Origin: Candidatus Bathyarchaeota archaeon
GTDB taxonomy: Archaea > Thermoproteota > Bathyarchaeia > Bathyarchaeales > Bathycorpusculaceae
Direction of reading: 5' to 3'
NCBI GenBank assembly: GCA_963708495.1
Contig: CAVPSS010000005.1
Coordinates: forward strand, 19,739-83,738
Length of the DNA stretch: 64,000 nt
In this document: piece by piece, positions 1 to 10,517 of the stretch
How positions within the stretch are numbered: the first letter of the stretch is position 1
Layout: each line of letters opens with the position of its first letter
The notes under the pieces: generated by a model
Seen by the model: only the letters and a program-made list of their open reading frames with translations
What the model was told of the DNA's origin: nothing
Database searches by the model: none
Made by a program: the position numbers and the translations under genes

Positions 1-1036
1 AACGATCGCAGACGCCGACTTCATGTTGTATCTTCTCAGTCTTTTCAAGTAATCCAGCTGCAGTTAAATCCGCGACTATTGCCATCCGAGCTTGGTTGAC
101 GTATAAACCTGAATATTTGCATCCAGCTTCGCTAATTTTGCCACTCTCAGTTAAAAGACGGATAACTGGGAGTTTATGTTTGATAACAGTTTTTACGTCT
201 TCTTTATCGCCGTAAGTGCAAATCTGAACCACGCCTGTGCCAAAACAGGGGTCTACCGATTCTTCGGCTATGATTGTTACCTCGCGGTTCATTAGGGGTA
301 CAGAGATTTTTCTCCCAATGTACTTGCTAAACCGTTCATCTTTTGGGTTTACTTCCACGGCAACGCAAGCTGGTATGAATTCGGGACGTGAAGTGGCGAC
401 TAAAAGGTATTCTTTGCTGCCTTCAAGTTGGAAGCGGATGTAATGAAGGGTGCCCTCCTTTTTAATGTGGTCAACTTCTGCATCGGCGATGGCGGTTTCG
501 TCTCTAGGACACCAGTTTACTGGATGCGTGCCCCGATACATGAAACCTTTCTTATGAAGCAAAACGAAGCTAAGTTGTGTTCGTCGCCAATAGTCTGGGT
601 CCATCGTTTTGTACTCGGTGGTCCAATCGATGCTTGCACCCATCTTTAGGATACCTTCTTTCATCATAGCAATGTATTTTTCAACCAGTTCAATGCACCA
701 TACTCGGAACTGGTCTGGCGGGACATCGCGTTTGCGGATGTTTCTTGCTTTTTCAACTTGGATTTCTATGCCTAAGCCATGGCAATCCCAGCCTTGAGGG
801 AAAAGTACGTTGAAGCCCTGCATCCGTTTGTAACGGGCTACCATGTCAAAATATGTCCAGTTCAGGACATTTCCCATGTGCAACTCGCCTGATGGATAAG
901 GCGGCGGAGTATCAATACTGAAAGGAACACGTTGCCTATCATTCCAGTCATAATGGTAAATGCCCATCTCTTCCCATTTACTCTGCCATTTCCGTTCAAT
1001 CTCTGTAAAATTGTAATCTTTCGGCATAGACTGCAT
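1..1036 (-). CDS. valS: valine--tRNA ligase, archaeal type (5' part; continues beyond the window start)
   Basis: Manual translation from ATG at 1036: MQSMPKDYNFTEIERKWQ...FSIDTPPPYPSGELHMGN...PQGWDCHGL...VNWCPRDETAIADAEV...ATSRPE...FGTGVVQICTYGD. Absent from the ORF track because it has no stop in the window. Confidence 0.93.
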   Translation of the reverse strand, partial: MQSMPKDYNFTEIERKWQSKWEEMGIYHYDWNDRQRVPFSIDTPPPYPSGELHMGNVLNWTYFDMVARYKRMQGFNVLFPQGWDCHGLGIEIQVEKARNIRKRDVPPDQFRVWCIELVEKYIAMMKEGILKMGASIDWTTEYKTMDPDYWRRTQLSFVLLHKKGFMYRGTHPVNWCPRDETAIADAEVDHIKKEGTLHYIRFQLEGSKEYLLVATSRPEFIPACVAVEVNPKDERFSKYIGRKISVPLMNREVTIIAEESVDPCFGTGVVQICTYGDKEDVKTVIKHKLPVIRLLTESGKISEAGCKYSGLYVNQARMAIVADLTAAGLLEKTEKIQHEVGVCDR

Positions 1037-1105
1037 TCTAAACAATCCTTCTATGTTTTGAGATGTAGGAAAACTAAAATATAACCTAAAAACATTATCC
1101 CCTTT

Positions 1106-1204
1106 AGTTCTTGGGGAGCTGGGAAAGAAACCTGGCTGAGAGGACGGCTGTTTGCTGTCGACCCTTAGAAACCTGAACCAGGTAATACTGGCGGAGGGAA
1201 AACA
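1106..1204 (+). ncRNA. TPP (THI-box) riboswitch
   Basis: GGGGAGC...GGCTGAGAG...GACCCTTAGAAACCTGAACCAGGTAATACTGGCGGAGGGAA matches the THI-box consensus and lies directly upstream of a thiamine transporter. Confidence 0.93.
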
Positions 1205-1208
1205 ATTG

Positions 1209-1748
1209 ATGATAAGTCAACCTAAAGAATACACAAGTGATTCAACATCCCGTGTTTTAGCTGAAATCGCTATATTCGTTGCACTAGCAACAGCACTCAG
1301 CTTCATAATAATATTTCAATTGCCCCAAGGGGGCTCAATTACATTGGCTTCCATGGTGCCCATAATTTGGCTCGCACTTAGAAGGGGACCCAAAATTGGT
1401 TTGACTGCAGGCTTTGTCTACGGTTTGGTTCAGCTCATCGTAATGCCACAAATATACTTTTTACCACAAGTGCTGCTGGATTATCCACTTGCATTTGGTT
1501 GCCTAGGTCTAGCAGGTTTCTTCCAAAAAAGGTGGGCATTAGCAGGAGTTGCAGTTGCCATCACAGGACGCTTTATAATGCATTTAATTTCAGGAGCACT
1601 CTTCTTTGCTTCCTACGCACCTGAAGGGGTAAACCCATGGGTATATTCGGGAATCTACAACGGAAGCTATCTGCTGCCAGAACTCGTAATAAGTCTGTTT
1701 GTAATTTTTCTTCTGCAGAAGAGCAAAGTGCTGAAAATGCATATGTGA
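1209..1748 (+). CDS. thiT: ECF-type thiamine transporter S component ThiT
   Basis: LAEIAIFVALA, LPQGGSIT, QVLLDYPLAF, GRFIMHLISGALFF and YSGIYNGSYL motifs. Start placed at 1206/1209 because the track start (1152) lies inside the riboswitch. Confidence 0.88.
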   Translation: MISQPKEYTSDSTSRVLAEIAIFVALATALSFIIIFQLPQGGSITLASMVPIIWLALRRGPKIGLTAGFVYGLVQLIVMPQIYFLPQVLLDYPLAFGCLGLAGFFQKRWALAGVAVAITGRFIMHLISGALFFASYAPEGVNPWVYSGIYNGSYLLPELVISLFVIFLLQKSKVLKMHM

Positions 1749-1764
1749 AAAGGTGTTGAGGTAA

Positions 1765-2763
1765 ATGGGAAAGCTTGAACTTGAAGACCTCCAAAAAATC
1801 TTAAGCTGTATAAAAAAGGATTTCCGAGTTATAGTTCCGCCCATGATTGGCTATGATGCAGGAGTTCACCTTCTGCATGGCAAGTACGTGGCTGTTGCCA
1901 CAGATCCCTGCACCGGGGTTCCTGAAGAATGGTTTGGGTGGCTGATGATAAATTATCCCGCTTCAGATGTCGCCCTCTTCGGCGCTAAACCAGAATTCTG
2001 CACCGTAAACCTCCTCGGACCAATAGGCACAAACCCTGAAGTATTCCAAAAAATCATGAAGCAAACATGCAATGCAGCCAACGAATTGAGCGTGGCAATT
2101 ATTCGAGGACACACCGGCATGTATGATAGCCTCAAAGGCTTGATGGGCGTATGTACGGTCTATGGCACAGTAGAACCTACCAAGTTGATTACGCCAGGAG
2201 ATGCAAAAGGAGGTGACTTGATTCTTTGCACAAAACCGGTTGGATTGGAAACAATCATAAATCTATCTTTGACATACCCAGCATTGGCAAAAACACTTTT
2301 TGGGACAGAACAACAAAGTATTTTTGCTTCTCAAATTCACTTGGAGAGTTGCGTTAGAGAAGCCTCTGAGCTTGCAGAAGTGGATGGTGTGAATGCAATG
2401 CATGATGCTACAGAAGGCGGTTTCATGGTAGCACTTAACGAGCTAGCTCAAGCATCAAAATTGGGCTTTCGAATAGAATGGGAGAAACTGCCTCTTAACA
2501 AAGAAGTTTTAGCATTACAGAGCCACTTTAAACTCAGCAACGAACAATTATTAGCCATGTCTTCAACAGGCACGATTTTGGCTGCAGTGAAACCTGAGGC
2601 CAAAGAAAAAGTCAAAATAACATTAGCAAAGAGAGGGTTAGAAGCTTACTTTTTGGGTGAATTCATGGAAAACAAAGAAAGAGTTCTAATTAAGAAAGGA
2701 AAAGAAACGCAGTTTCCGCAGGTTGCTGACGACCCATACACCCTAATTTTATCTGGCAAATAA
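1765..2763 (+). CDS. AIR synthase-related (PurM/ThiL/HypE fold) protein
   Basis: GYDAGV, VATDP, GHTG, GDLILCTK and AMHDATEGG motifs. Confidence 0.8.
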   Translation: MGKLELEDLQKILSCIKKDFRVIVPPMIGYDAGVHLLHGKYVAVATDPCTGVPEEWFGWLMINYPASDVALFGAKPEFCTVNLLGPIGTNPEVFQKIMKQTCNAANELSVAIIRGHTGMYDSLKGLMGVCTVYGTVEPTKLITPGDAKGGDLILCTKPVGLETIINLSLTYPALAKTLFGTEQQSIFASQIHLESCVREASELAEVDGVNAMHDATEGGFMVALNELAQASKLGFRIEWEKLPLNKEVLALQSHFKLSNEQLLAMSSTGTILAAVKPEAKEKVKITLAKRGLEAYFLGEFMENKERVLIKKGKETQFPQVADDPYTLILSGK

Positions 2764-3642
2764 TTATTTTTTCAGCTCTTTCAAAACATAGTTAACGATT
2801 TCTTCGGCTATGTTAACTTTTGCAACCACCTGCAGACCTTTCCAACCTGGTTGACTATTTACGTCAACGATGCGTGGTCCATCTGGTCCCTCTAGAATGT
2901 CTACGCCCGCAATTTTGCAGCCAACTGCTTTCGAGGATTTTATAGCTATTTCTTCGAATTCTCTGCTGATTTGTGTAGGCGCTGGTTTTGCTCCTTGGCT
3001 ATAATTGGTTTTCCATCCTGTTGCCACTCTTCTCATGCATGCAACTACTTGATCTCCGATAACGAAGGCGCGTATGTCCGAGTTTCCGTGTGGGACGAAT
3101 TCTTGCATGTAGATTACTCCATGGTGGAATGTTATAGCTTTGAAGATGGTGTCGGCGATATCTATGTCGTTTACTCGGGTGGCTCCTTGTCCCCGCGAAC
3201 CGAAGATCGGTTTTACGACTATATCACCGCCTAGTTCTTTGAAAGCTCTTATGGCTTCGTTGACACTCTCTGTGGCTAATGTTCTTGGTACAGGAACGCC
3301 TTCATCCTCAAGGATTGCTAAGATATCGTATTTGTCTACGCAATGTTCGATGGCTGTAGGTGGATTAACCATGTAGAAACCTTGGCGCTCCAGTTTGTAT
3401 AGCATGTCCATTCGAAAAACCAACTCCTCAAGCGAACCCCGCCCAATCGGACGAATAATCAGAGCATCCAAATCGTCAAGGATGCTGATGCCGTTGACTT
3501 TAAAACAAGGTTTGTAGGCAAGTCTCGCAACAAGTCTGGGGAAAGTGAAGCACTCGTAGGTGATTCCCCGTCTGGTTAGTGCTTCCCGAACTTGTGTGGA
3601 GCTCCATGCTTCCCTGTTCCGGGTCATTATTCCAAATTTCAA
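2764..3642 (-). CDS. RimK-family ATP-grasp alpha-L-glutamate ligase (MptN/CofF-like)
   Basis: VVKPIFGSRG, YMQEFV, DIRAFVIG, WKTNYSQG, GVDIL and DVNSQPGW motifs. Confidence 0.85.
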   Translation of the reverse strand: MKFGIMTRNREAWSSTQVREALTRRGITYECFTFPRLVARLAYKPCFKVNGISILDDLDALIIRPIGRGSLEELVFRMDMLYKLERQGFYMVNPPTAIEHCVDKYDILAILEDEGVPVPRTLATESVNEAIRAFKELGGDIVVKPIFGSRGQGATRVNDIDIADTIFKAITFHHGVIYMQEFVPHGNSDIRAFVIGDQVVACMRRVATGWKTNYSQGAKPAPTQISREFEEIAIKSSKAVGCKIAGVDILEGPDGPRIVDVNSQPGWKGLQVVAKVNIAEEIVNYVLKELKK

Positions 3643-3726
3643 TGTAGGTCGGTCCTTGATGAGTCTTTTAGAACATGCTGAGGGATTGAGCTCTTAAAGT
3701 TTCTGGGGAAACAGGAAAAACCTCGT

Positions 3727-4272
3727 TTATTTGTTGTCTGCTTCAGAGTAAAAGAATCGATTTCTGAATTTATGAGCAAAGAATAAAACTGTTTCTCTAT
3801 TTTTGCCAATGAAATCACCTATGAAGGCTCCCAAAACCAAGCAGATTATTAGGCTTGTAATGGCAAAGAAACTGTCTCCTATTAAACTTGAAATTTGTAC
3901 TAAAACACCAAATGAATTTAGAGTAAGCACAATTAAAAGCCAAATTCCAAAACCAATAATGGATGCTCCAACAAAAAAGAACGTTGCTCGTTTATCGTAA
4001 TTTACTGATGGTTTATACCCAATGTAAAATGCCAAACCTATTACTGATAAAACACTGCCTAACATTAACAGTTCTTTTTCCTTTGACATTTGCATAATAT
4101 ATCCTAAGGCAAAAGCAAAAACAAGAATAGTTGCAGCTAGACTTATCCAGTAATATTTGCTCTTGAATATGCTTACTGGTTTTTGTTGAGCTCTAGCACG
4201 GGTTTCCTTTAGTTTATTCTTTCGATGACTCTTTGAATTGGACTTAGGATATGTCCTTTGTTTTTTAGGCAT
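3727..4272 (-). CDS. hypothetical membrane protein (basic N-terminus, about 4 TM segments)
   Basis: ORF track; hydrophobic segments; start moved to ATG 4272. Confidence 0.65.
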   Translation of the reverse strand: MPKKQRTYPKSNSKSHRKNKLKETRARAQQKPVSIFKSKYYWISLAATILVFAFALGYIMQMSKEKELLMLGSVLSVIGLAFYIGYKPSVNYDKRATFFFVGASIIGFGIWLLIVLTLNSFGVLVQISSLIGDSFFAITSLIICLVLGAFIGDFIGKNRETVLFFAHKFRNRFFYSEADNK

Positions 4273-4363
4273 GAAGCTTAACTCGAGGTTTTGCACTTAT
4301 TAACATTTCATAATGCATCAAAGCAACTGCTCAATTAACAGTTATGGCAGCAAGAGGAAGCCT

Positions 4364-6327
4364 CTATTTTATTCTTTCAAGACGTAGCGTATTAAGCAGC
4401 AGAAGCATTGTTACTCCGTCGTCTCCTGAAGCCACCGTAAACCATAGCGGCGTTAAACCCATCAAGCCCAAAGCGCCCAGAATCAACTTTACAACCAATG
4501 ACGCAGCAATGTTCTGTTTTGCAATAACCATTGTCTTATTGCTTAATTTTAGTAAATAAGGAATTTGGGCCAACTCATCCTTCACCAACACAACGTCTGC
4601 AGATTCCAACGCTACATCAACTCCTCGCGCCCCCATGGCAATTCCAACATCAGATGCAGCAAGCGCAGGAGCATCGTTAACGCCGTCGCCAACCATCGCT
4701 ACCAACCCATCTTTTCTCTTCATGTTTTCTATGCACTTCAATTTATCTTCAGGCAAAAGTCCCGCATACACATCGCTAATACCCAAAGATTTTGCAATGT
4801 CGTTTGCAATTTCTTCACTATCGCCTGTTAACATGGCAGTTCTGATGCTTTGTCGCTTCAATAAGTTAATGGCTTTTAGAGCATCTTCTCTTACTTCATC
4901 AACTACGCAAACCGCAGCTAGACCAACTTTACCAACTGAAACGCAGACTGCCGTGTGGATATCGCCTGAGATGATATCAAAGGCTTCTGTGCAGTCGCAG
5001 CCCATTTCACGCATTAGTTCCAAGTTACCGATGGCTACGTGTTTACCGTTTACTACTCCCACGATTCCTTTGCCTGGTATCTCTATCACATCGGTTACCT
5101 TGACTTTGCTGAGGTCAATTCCACTTTCTAGGGCTTTTCGAACGATAGCTTGAGCAATCGGATGGTTCGAAAACTGGTCCAAGGCAGCTGCATAAGTAAT
5201 AGCTTCCTCCTCTGCTCTGGAAATGTCAACCCGCCTTACTTCGTGAACAGTTTGCCTTCCCAAAGTTAATGTACCTGTTTTATCGAAAACTACAGATTTT
5301 ACACGTGCGAGTTTTTCGATGAAAATTCCTCCCTTGATTATTACACCTCTTTTGGCAGCAATTGTTATAGCTATAAAGACAGTCGCTGGAACAGAGATGA
5401 CAAATGCGCTTGGACAAGAGACTACGAGCAAAATTAGGGAACGATAGAACCAAGTTTGAAATGAACCACCCAATAGATAAGGTAAGGCTCCAGCAGTGAA
5501 GACTGCAAGACCAATCACGATTGGCACATAAATCTTGGCAAACCGGTCAACTAATCTTTCAATTGAGGCCTTACTTTTCTGTGACTCTACCACAAGCTGG
5601 ACGATACGGGAAACCAACGTTTCCGTAGCTTTCTTGGTGACAATAATCTTTAGAACGCCACTCGCGTTTAGGGTTCCAGCGAAAACGTAGTCATTCACTC
5701 TTCTTGGCACAGGAACAGATTCGCCATAACCAAGGCTTGGTCAACATGGGAGAATCCGTCAATCACGTTGCCGTCCAAGGGTATTCTTTCTCCGGGTTTA
5801 ACAAGAATAATCTCGCCAATCTCAACTTCATTAACACTGATACTTTTCTCAGTCCCTTGGCTTAAAACGCGGGCGTTTTCAGGAATAAACTTGGATATTT
5901 TCTCAACCGTTCGCTTTGCTCTGCTCTGAATGAATCCTTCAAAGTATTCTGCCAAACAATAGAGAAAAAGTACAGTTGCTGCTTCAAATCGATAATCAAG
6001 AAAAAGCGCGCCTAAACCAGCAACCGCCATCAGAAACTCTACGCTGAAGCGTTTTTCTAAGACCAGTTCCTTTAAACCGACGACACCAATGTAGATTGCC
6101 GCCGCGAGAATTGCGACGTAGTAGAGAATTAAGGATAAGGTGGTTGGTACGTTTAGGATCGGAATGGTGAAGTCAAGTGGCAGCCCCTTAGCAAACAGGT
6201 CTATAGCGCCGCAGACAAAGATGGTTATACCTAGCCAAACAGCAAACCCAATTATTAGTCGCTTGCTGTGTTCTTCTTCACCGTTTGCTTTTATTTCTTT
6301 TTCTGATTTTTCTTCACAGGTACCCAT
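4364..6327 (-). CDS. heavy-metal P1B-type ATPase (ZntA/CadA-like), split by a 1-nt deletion near 5726
   Basis: PGERIPLDG, HVDQALV[T]GES restored by adding one C, CPS, DKTGT, HP, GDGVND, plus the late-TM Lys and DG motifs. Confidence 0.85.
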
Positions 6328-6551
6328 TTGTTAATCCCAGAGATTCTTAAGAAAAATAAGGCGCCTTACCTTATAAAAATAAAAAATGAATTCAATAATT
6401 AGCGTAAAGTCTTTTTTCGTTAAATGACTTGGTTTGAGTGGTTGCTATACTTGGACTCCATTCTAAATTAAACGAAAAACAGCTCTTTCAGCTTTTTTCG
6501 AGAAAAACACCTAATTGAATGTACTTAGATAGGTGCACCTCAGTTTCTGTA

Positions 6552-6641
6552 TTATCTTGATTGTTTACTATTTGCTGCGAACGCGACTGAGCGTTTTCTG
6601 TAGCTGGGCACATCGAATTCAAAGAGTGAAGTTTTCCTCAT
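6552..6641 (-). CDS. candidate 29-aa microprotein MRKTSLFEFDVPSYRKRSVAFAANSKQSR
   Basis: Manual translation; GGAGAG 5 nt upstream of the ATG. Confidence 0.3.
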   Translation of the reverse strand: MRKTSLFEFDVPSYRKRSVAFAANSKQSR

Positions 6642-6755
6642 CGATTTCTCTCCAGCAACTTTCATTGATGCATTTAGTTTAAAACGTTTGTGCTTTGTCT
6701 GTAGCGTTTTTACTATGCGGGTTAGACACTAAATCTGCACCTTGACAAGGTGGGA

Positions 6756-7382
6756 TTAGTAGAAACCGGGAATATACTCCCTAACCTTAAACGCCACACC
6801 TAAACTGTCAGCAACCTCCTGCATCTTTCCCAAGTCCACTTCAAGCAGCCGCACAGCCGTAACCTCAACGTCAAGCGTCAACTTTGCTTTGCGTATAAAA
6901 TTTAGCACTGTTTCGTATGCTTCTGGGAACGTGGGTTTGCAAATCTCATTGTAGGTTTCGCTGTCTCCTGCGTTCAAGCTAACGCTAACCTTGTTTACGC
7001 CAGCAAGCTTCAACTCAGCAGCCACATCCCTGTTTGCATTCAAAAAGCAGCCGTGCCCGTTGGTGTCCAAGCGGATTTGCAGCAGCCTCCCATAATGCTG
7101 CCTGACCCACTGTGCAACCTCAAGTAAAACATCTAGTCGCTCTGTTGGCTCGCCAAAGCCGCAAAAAACTAATTCATCCCAACTCTTCATGTGTAAAACC
7201 TCGGTAAGTTCAGCCATGATTTGGGCTACGCTTGGCTCTTCTGTTAGTTTGAGGTTGAAGCCGCCGACGCCGCGGCGGTAACGTTTGAGGCAGAAATAAC
7301 AACAATTCGAGCACTGATTGGTTATGTTCAGGTAGAGTGTTTTGTCCAGCCAATAAACTGTTCTTAGTCTTTCATTAGACAT
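6756..7382 (-). CDS. radical SAM protein, TatD-associated family
   Basis: LYLNITNQCSNCCYFC (CxxxCxxC), VFCGFGEPT, RLDTNGHG and VSVSLNA motifs. Confidence 0.85.
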   Translation of the reverse strand: MSNERLRTVYWLDKTLYLNITNQCSNCCYFCLKRYRRGVGGFNLKLTEEPSVAQIMAELTEVLHMKSWDELVFCGFGEPTERLDVLLEVAQWVRQHYGRLLQIRLDTNGHGCFLNANRDVAAELKLAGVNKVSVSLNAGDSETYNEICKPTFPEAYETVLNFIRKAKLTLDVEVTAVRLLEVDLGKMQEVADSLGVAFKVREYIPGFY

Positions 7383-7621
7383 GTTTCCACCAGAGTGGGT
7401 GTGCAGGAAAGATTTAGGTGTTCGCATAAGAAAAACAATGCCCTTTTCTACTATATTTCAACAAGTTAATGGTTTGAATAATTGTCAATATCGACCTAAC
7501 CCTCTTAGTGATTTTTTGCGAATTTTTGTTCTTGGTTGCTCAAAGTCGAATTCTTGATTAATTTCCTTTCGGTGCGAATAGTTTTTGTTTGCCTAATCTT
7601 ATTAGTAGAAGTAGTGACTGT

Positions 7622-8497
7622 TTGGTGTCGCTAATCTCAAGCTTTGATCCGTGGCGTTCAAGCCTCTGTACATGCTCATCCAAGCTAACGTTTAACCCTT
7701 ACACAGGATGCGACCACCAATGTACCTACTGCTATGCGTCAAGCTACATCCCCCACTTCAAAGACTGCCGACCCAAAAAAGATGTCTTGGCAATATTGAA
7801 ACGGGAGGCTGCCAAACTTAGGGGTCAAACCATCTCCATATCCAACTCGTCTGACCCGTATCCAAGAACCGAAGCGACTGAGAGCTTGATGCGGCGGTGC
7901 CTTGAAATTCTCGTGGAAAGTAATTGCAGAATCCAAATAATAACTAAAAGCAACCTTGTAACCCGAGATGACGATTTGCTTACGAAGGTTCCATCGACAG
8001 TATCATTAACTATAACAACAGATGACGATAATCTTGCCAAAATCCTTGAGCCCTTTGCACCCCCACCTTCCCAGCGCATAAGAGCTATCCAAGACTTAAC
8101 CAAAGCAGGCATCCCAGTCTCTGTTCGAATCGACCCAATCATTCCACTAGTAAATGACCAGCCCCAAAAACTCATAGCAGAACTTGCAGGCATCGGAGTC
8201 AAGCACATAACATGCTCAACCTACAAAGCCAAAGCAGACAATTGGATTCGTCTCACGATTGCGATGCCACAAATAGTGGAGAGGTTGAAACCTTTGTATT
8301 TTGTGCAAGGAGAAAAAATCGGAGGAAGCGCATTTTTGGCAAAAGAACTCAGATATAAAATTCTCAAAGATATACGGGATTTGGCTGAAGCTAACGGCAT
8401 GAAGTTTGGCGTTTGTCGAGAAGGCTTTGCAAATTTAAACACCGCAACATGCGATGGCTCTTGGCTAATGCCTAAAACAAAGGAAGGAATGCGTTAA
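7622..8497 (+). CDS. spore-photoproduct-lyase-like radical SAM protein
   Basis: NPYTGCDHQCTYCYA, SNSSDPYP, IITKS, EPFAPPPSQR and RIDPIIP motifs. Confidence 0.82.
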   Translation: MVSLISSFDPWRSSLCTCSSKLTFNPYTGCDHQCTYCYASSYIPHFKDCRPKKDVLAILKREAAKLRGQTISISNSSDPYPRTEATESLMRRCLEILVESNCRIQIITKSNLVTRDDDLLTKVPSTVSLTITTDDDNLAKILEPFAPPPSQRIRAIQDLTKAGIPVSVRIDPIIPLVNDQPQKLIAELAGIGVKHITCSTYKAKADNWIRLTIAMPQIVERLKPLYFVQGEKIGGSAFLAKELRYKILKDIRDLAEANGMKFGVCREGFANLNTATCDGSWLMPKTKEGMR

Positions 8498-9600
8498 TGC
8501 AAAACCGCGTGGTCATACTAGCAGACTTCGACTATTTCTATGCACAATGCGAAGAGCTCCGGAACCCAGCGATTAAGGACAAACCCATAGTCGTAGGCGT
8601 TTATTCAGGACGAACTGAAGAGAGCGGAGCAGTAAGTACTAGTAATTACGTCGCTCGCAAATATGGCGTTAAATCTGGAATGCCTCTTTTTTTGGCGAAG
8701 CGCAAACTGGAAGGTATAGATGCTGTTTTTTTCCCAGGTGATCATGAGTACTATGAACAGATAAGCGATAGGATAATGCATATTTTTCGCGGTTACGCCA
8801 CCAGTTTTGAGCAGGTTAGCGTAGATGAGGCTTATTTGGATATTACAGAGCAGGTTGAAGGCAGCTTTGAAAAAGCCCGAGATTATTCAAAAGAAATCAA
8901 GGCGGAAGTAAAAAACCTAGTTGGAATCTCCTTTTCAGTAGGTGTTGGACCTAACAAAATAGTCGCGAAAATTGCTTGTGACAGTCAGAAACCCGACGGC
9001 TTAACGATTGTTAAACCCCAAGAAGCTAAGGGTTTTCTTGAGTCGCTAAATGTTGACCGACTTTTAGGTGTTGGCAAAAAAACATCCATAAAGATGGCGG
9101 AGTTGGGCATTAAAACTGTTGGTGACTTGGCTAAATTCGATTGTCAAAGACTAATCGAAGTTTTTGGCAAAGTCATAGGTATCTACTTCCACAACGCGGC
9201 CAACGCAGTCGACAACGAACCTGTTCAAGAACAAGGCGAAGCAGAATCAATCAGCCGCATCGGTACACTAAAAACAGACACACGCGACTTGGAATTTATT
9301 CTTCAGAAAACAGAAGAGTTAACGGATGATGTCTTTAAAGAGGTTGCTGAGAAAAACCTTAGCTTTAAGCAAGTAGCAATTTACGTAGTTAGAACTGACT
9401 TAAGCAGTAAAAGTCGTTCAATCACATTTGACCAGCCATCGAAAGATAAAGAAACAATTAGGAGAAACGTTAGAGTTCTTTTCGAGAAGTTCTTGAACGA
9501 ATCCACACTTGAAATACGAAGGGTAGGTGTCAAAGTCTCAGGTTTCAGCCGCGAAGAGTCAACGCAAAAGCAGCTATCAAATTTTTTCCAAATAGGCTGA
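8497..9600 (+). CDS. dinB: DNA polymerase IV (Y family)
   Basis: DFDYFYAQ, YVARKYGVKSGM, SVDEAYLD and QKPDG motifs; C-terminal PIP box QKQLSNFF; ATG overlaps the upstream TAA. Confidence 0.93.
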   Translation: MQNRVVILADFDYFYAQCEELRNPAIKDKPIVVGVYSGRTEESGAVSTSNYVARKYGVKSGMPLFLAKRKLEGIDAVFFPGDHEYYEQISDRIMHIFRGYATSFEQVSVDEAYLDITEQVEGSFEKARDYSKEIKAEVKNLVGISFSVGVGPNKIVAKIACDSQKPDGLTIVKPQEAKGFLESLNVDRLLGVGKKTSIKMAELGIKTVGDLAKFDCQRLIEVFGKVIGIYFHNAANAVDNEPVQEQGEAESISRIGTLKTDTRDLEFILQKTEELTDDVFKEVAEKNLSFKQVAIYVVRTDLSSKSRSITFDQPSKDKETIRRNVRVLFEKFLNESTLEIRRVGVKVSGFSREESTQKQLSNFFQIG

Positions 9601-10285
9601 TGGGTAAAAAAAACTTTTTTTCTGAATCCCTATTTTTTTATCATTGACTTTTTTTGCTTACAAAAAAATAAGGCTTCCGCCTGACAAACAAGTGGCGAAG
9701 TTGAAATTTAAGAAAAACTTAGCTGGAATGATTTCATGAAATTGACCCAACCGTTTCTGTGAAACGATTTTCATTGTTTTGAGGGTAGGAGCATGCTGGG
9801 CTTCAAATGGGCGGGAGTAGAAATTGAACACATTGAAAAACTAGTCCAACCCACTATTGTGACGCGCGCAGTTACTTTTGTTTGTTCTGAAAACTATAAG
9901 ACTTAGCTTTTCAGGGAAGAACTTGCATGGGACGATGTGGTGTTAGCTTATAAGCTTAATGAGGAAACCTTGAATCAAGTGTTGAGTTTTACAGTTCGTC
10001 TTGTTGTTCCAAACAAATACGTCTATACAAGGAAGTTGTGGATGGTGGGTTATCGGTTTACTATGGGCAAGGAGCTTGATTTCGGGCGAGCCAAGTGTGT
10101 AGTGACATCGCGAACGTGTGGAAGAATGACTGTTGCAGTCATTGCTTTTATGGCTTTTTACTTTTTCTCTTAACGTTTTTTATTGTTTACAACAATTATA
10201 TTAATCATAAATGAGATTTTAAACGTAGGATAATGTTTATAAGCGTAATCTAATACTTGTGTGGCTCTTTAAGAGGTTGAAAAAT

Positions 10286-10423
10286 ATGGCTCAGAAAAAT
10301 GCAATAAGACACTGCTCAAAATGCCAAATAACCGCACAAACCGCGGTTGTAGAAGCATCGAACGTGCCTTTACAAAAAAGCAAAGAAGACGCTAAAAAAA
10401 CACTGTACATAAACAGAGTATAA
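10286..10423 (+). CDS. candidate 45-aa protein with CxxC (MAQKNAIRHCSKCQITA...)
   Basis: Manual translation; GAGGTTGA upstream and TTTATAA about 45 nt upstream. Confidence 0.45.
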   Translation: MAQKNAIRHCSKCQITAQTAVVEASNVPLQKSKEDAKKTLYINRV

Positions 10424-10517
10424 AATGCAAACCGTTTCTCTTAAAGAGAATATTTTTTGCTCCAATTGAACTCTTTTATACTTGAAACTCTCCGTTTTAA
10501 CACAAGAGGTCAAACCC

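Noticed and set aside
1152-1208. N-terminal extension of ThiT from TTG 1152
   Set aside because: It lies within the riboswitch aptamer.
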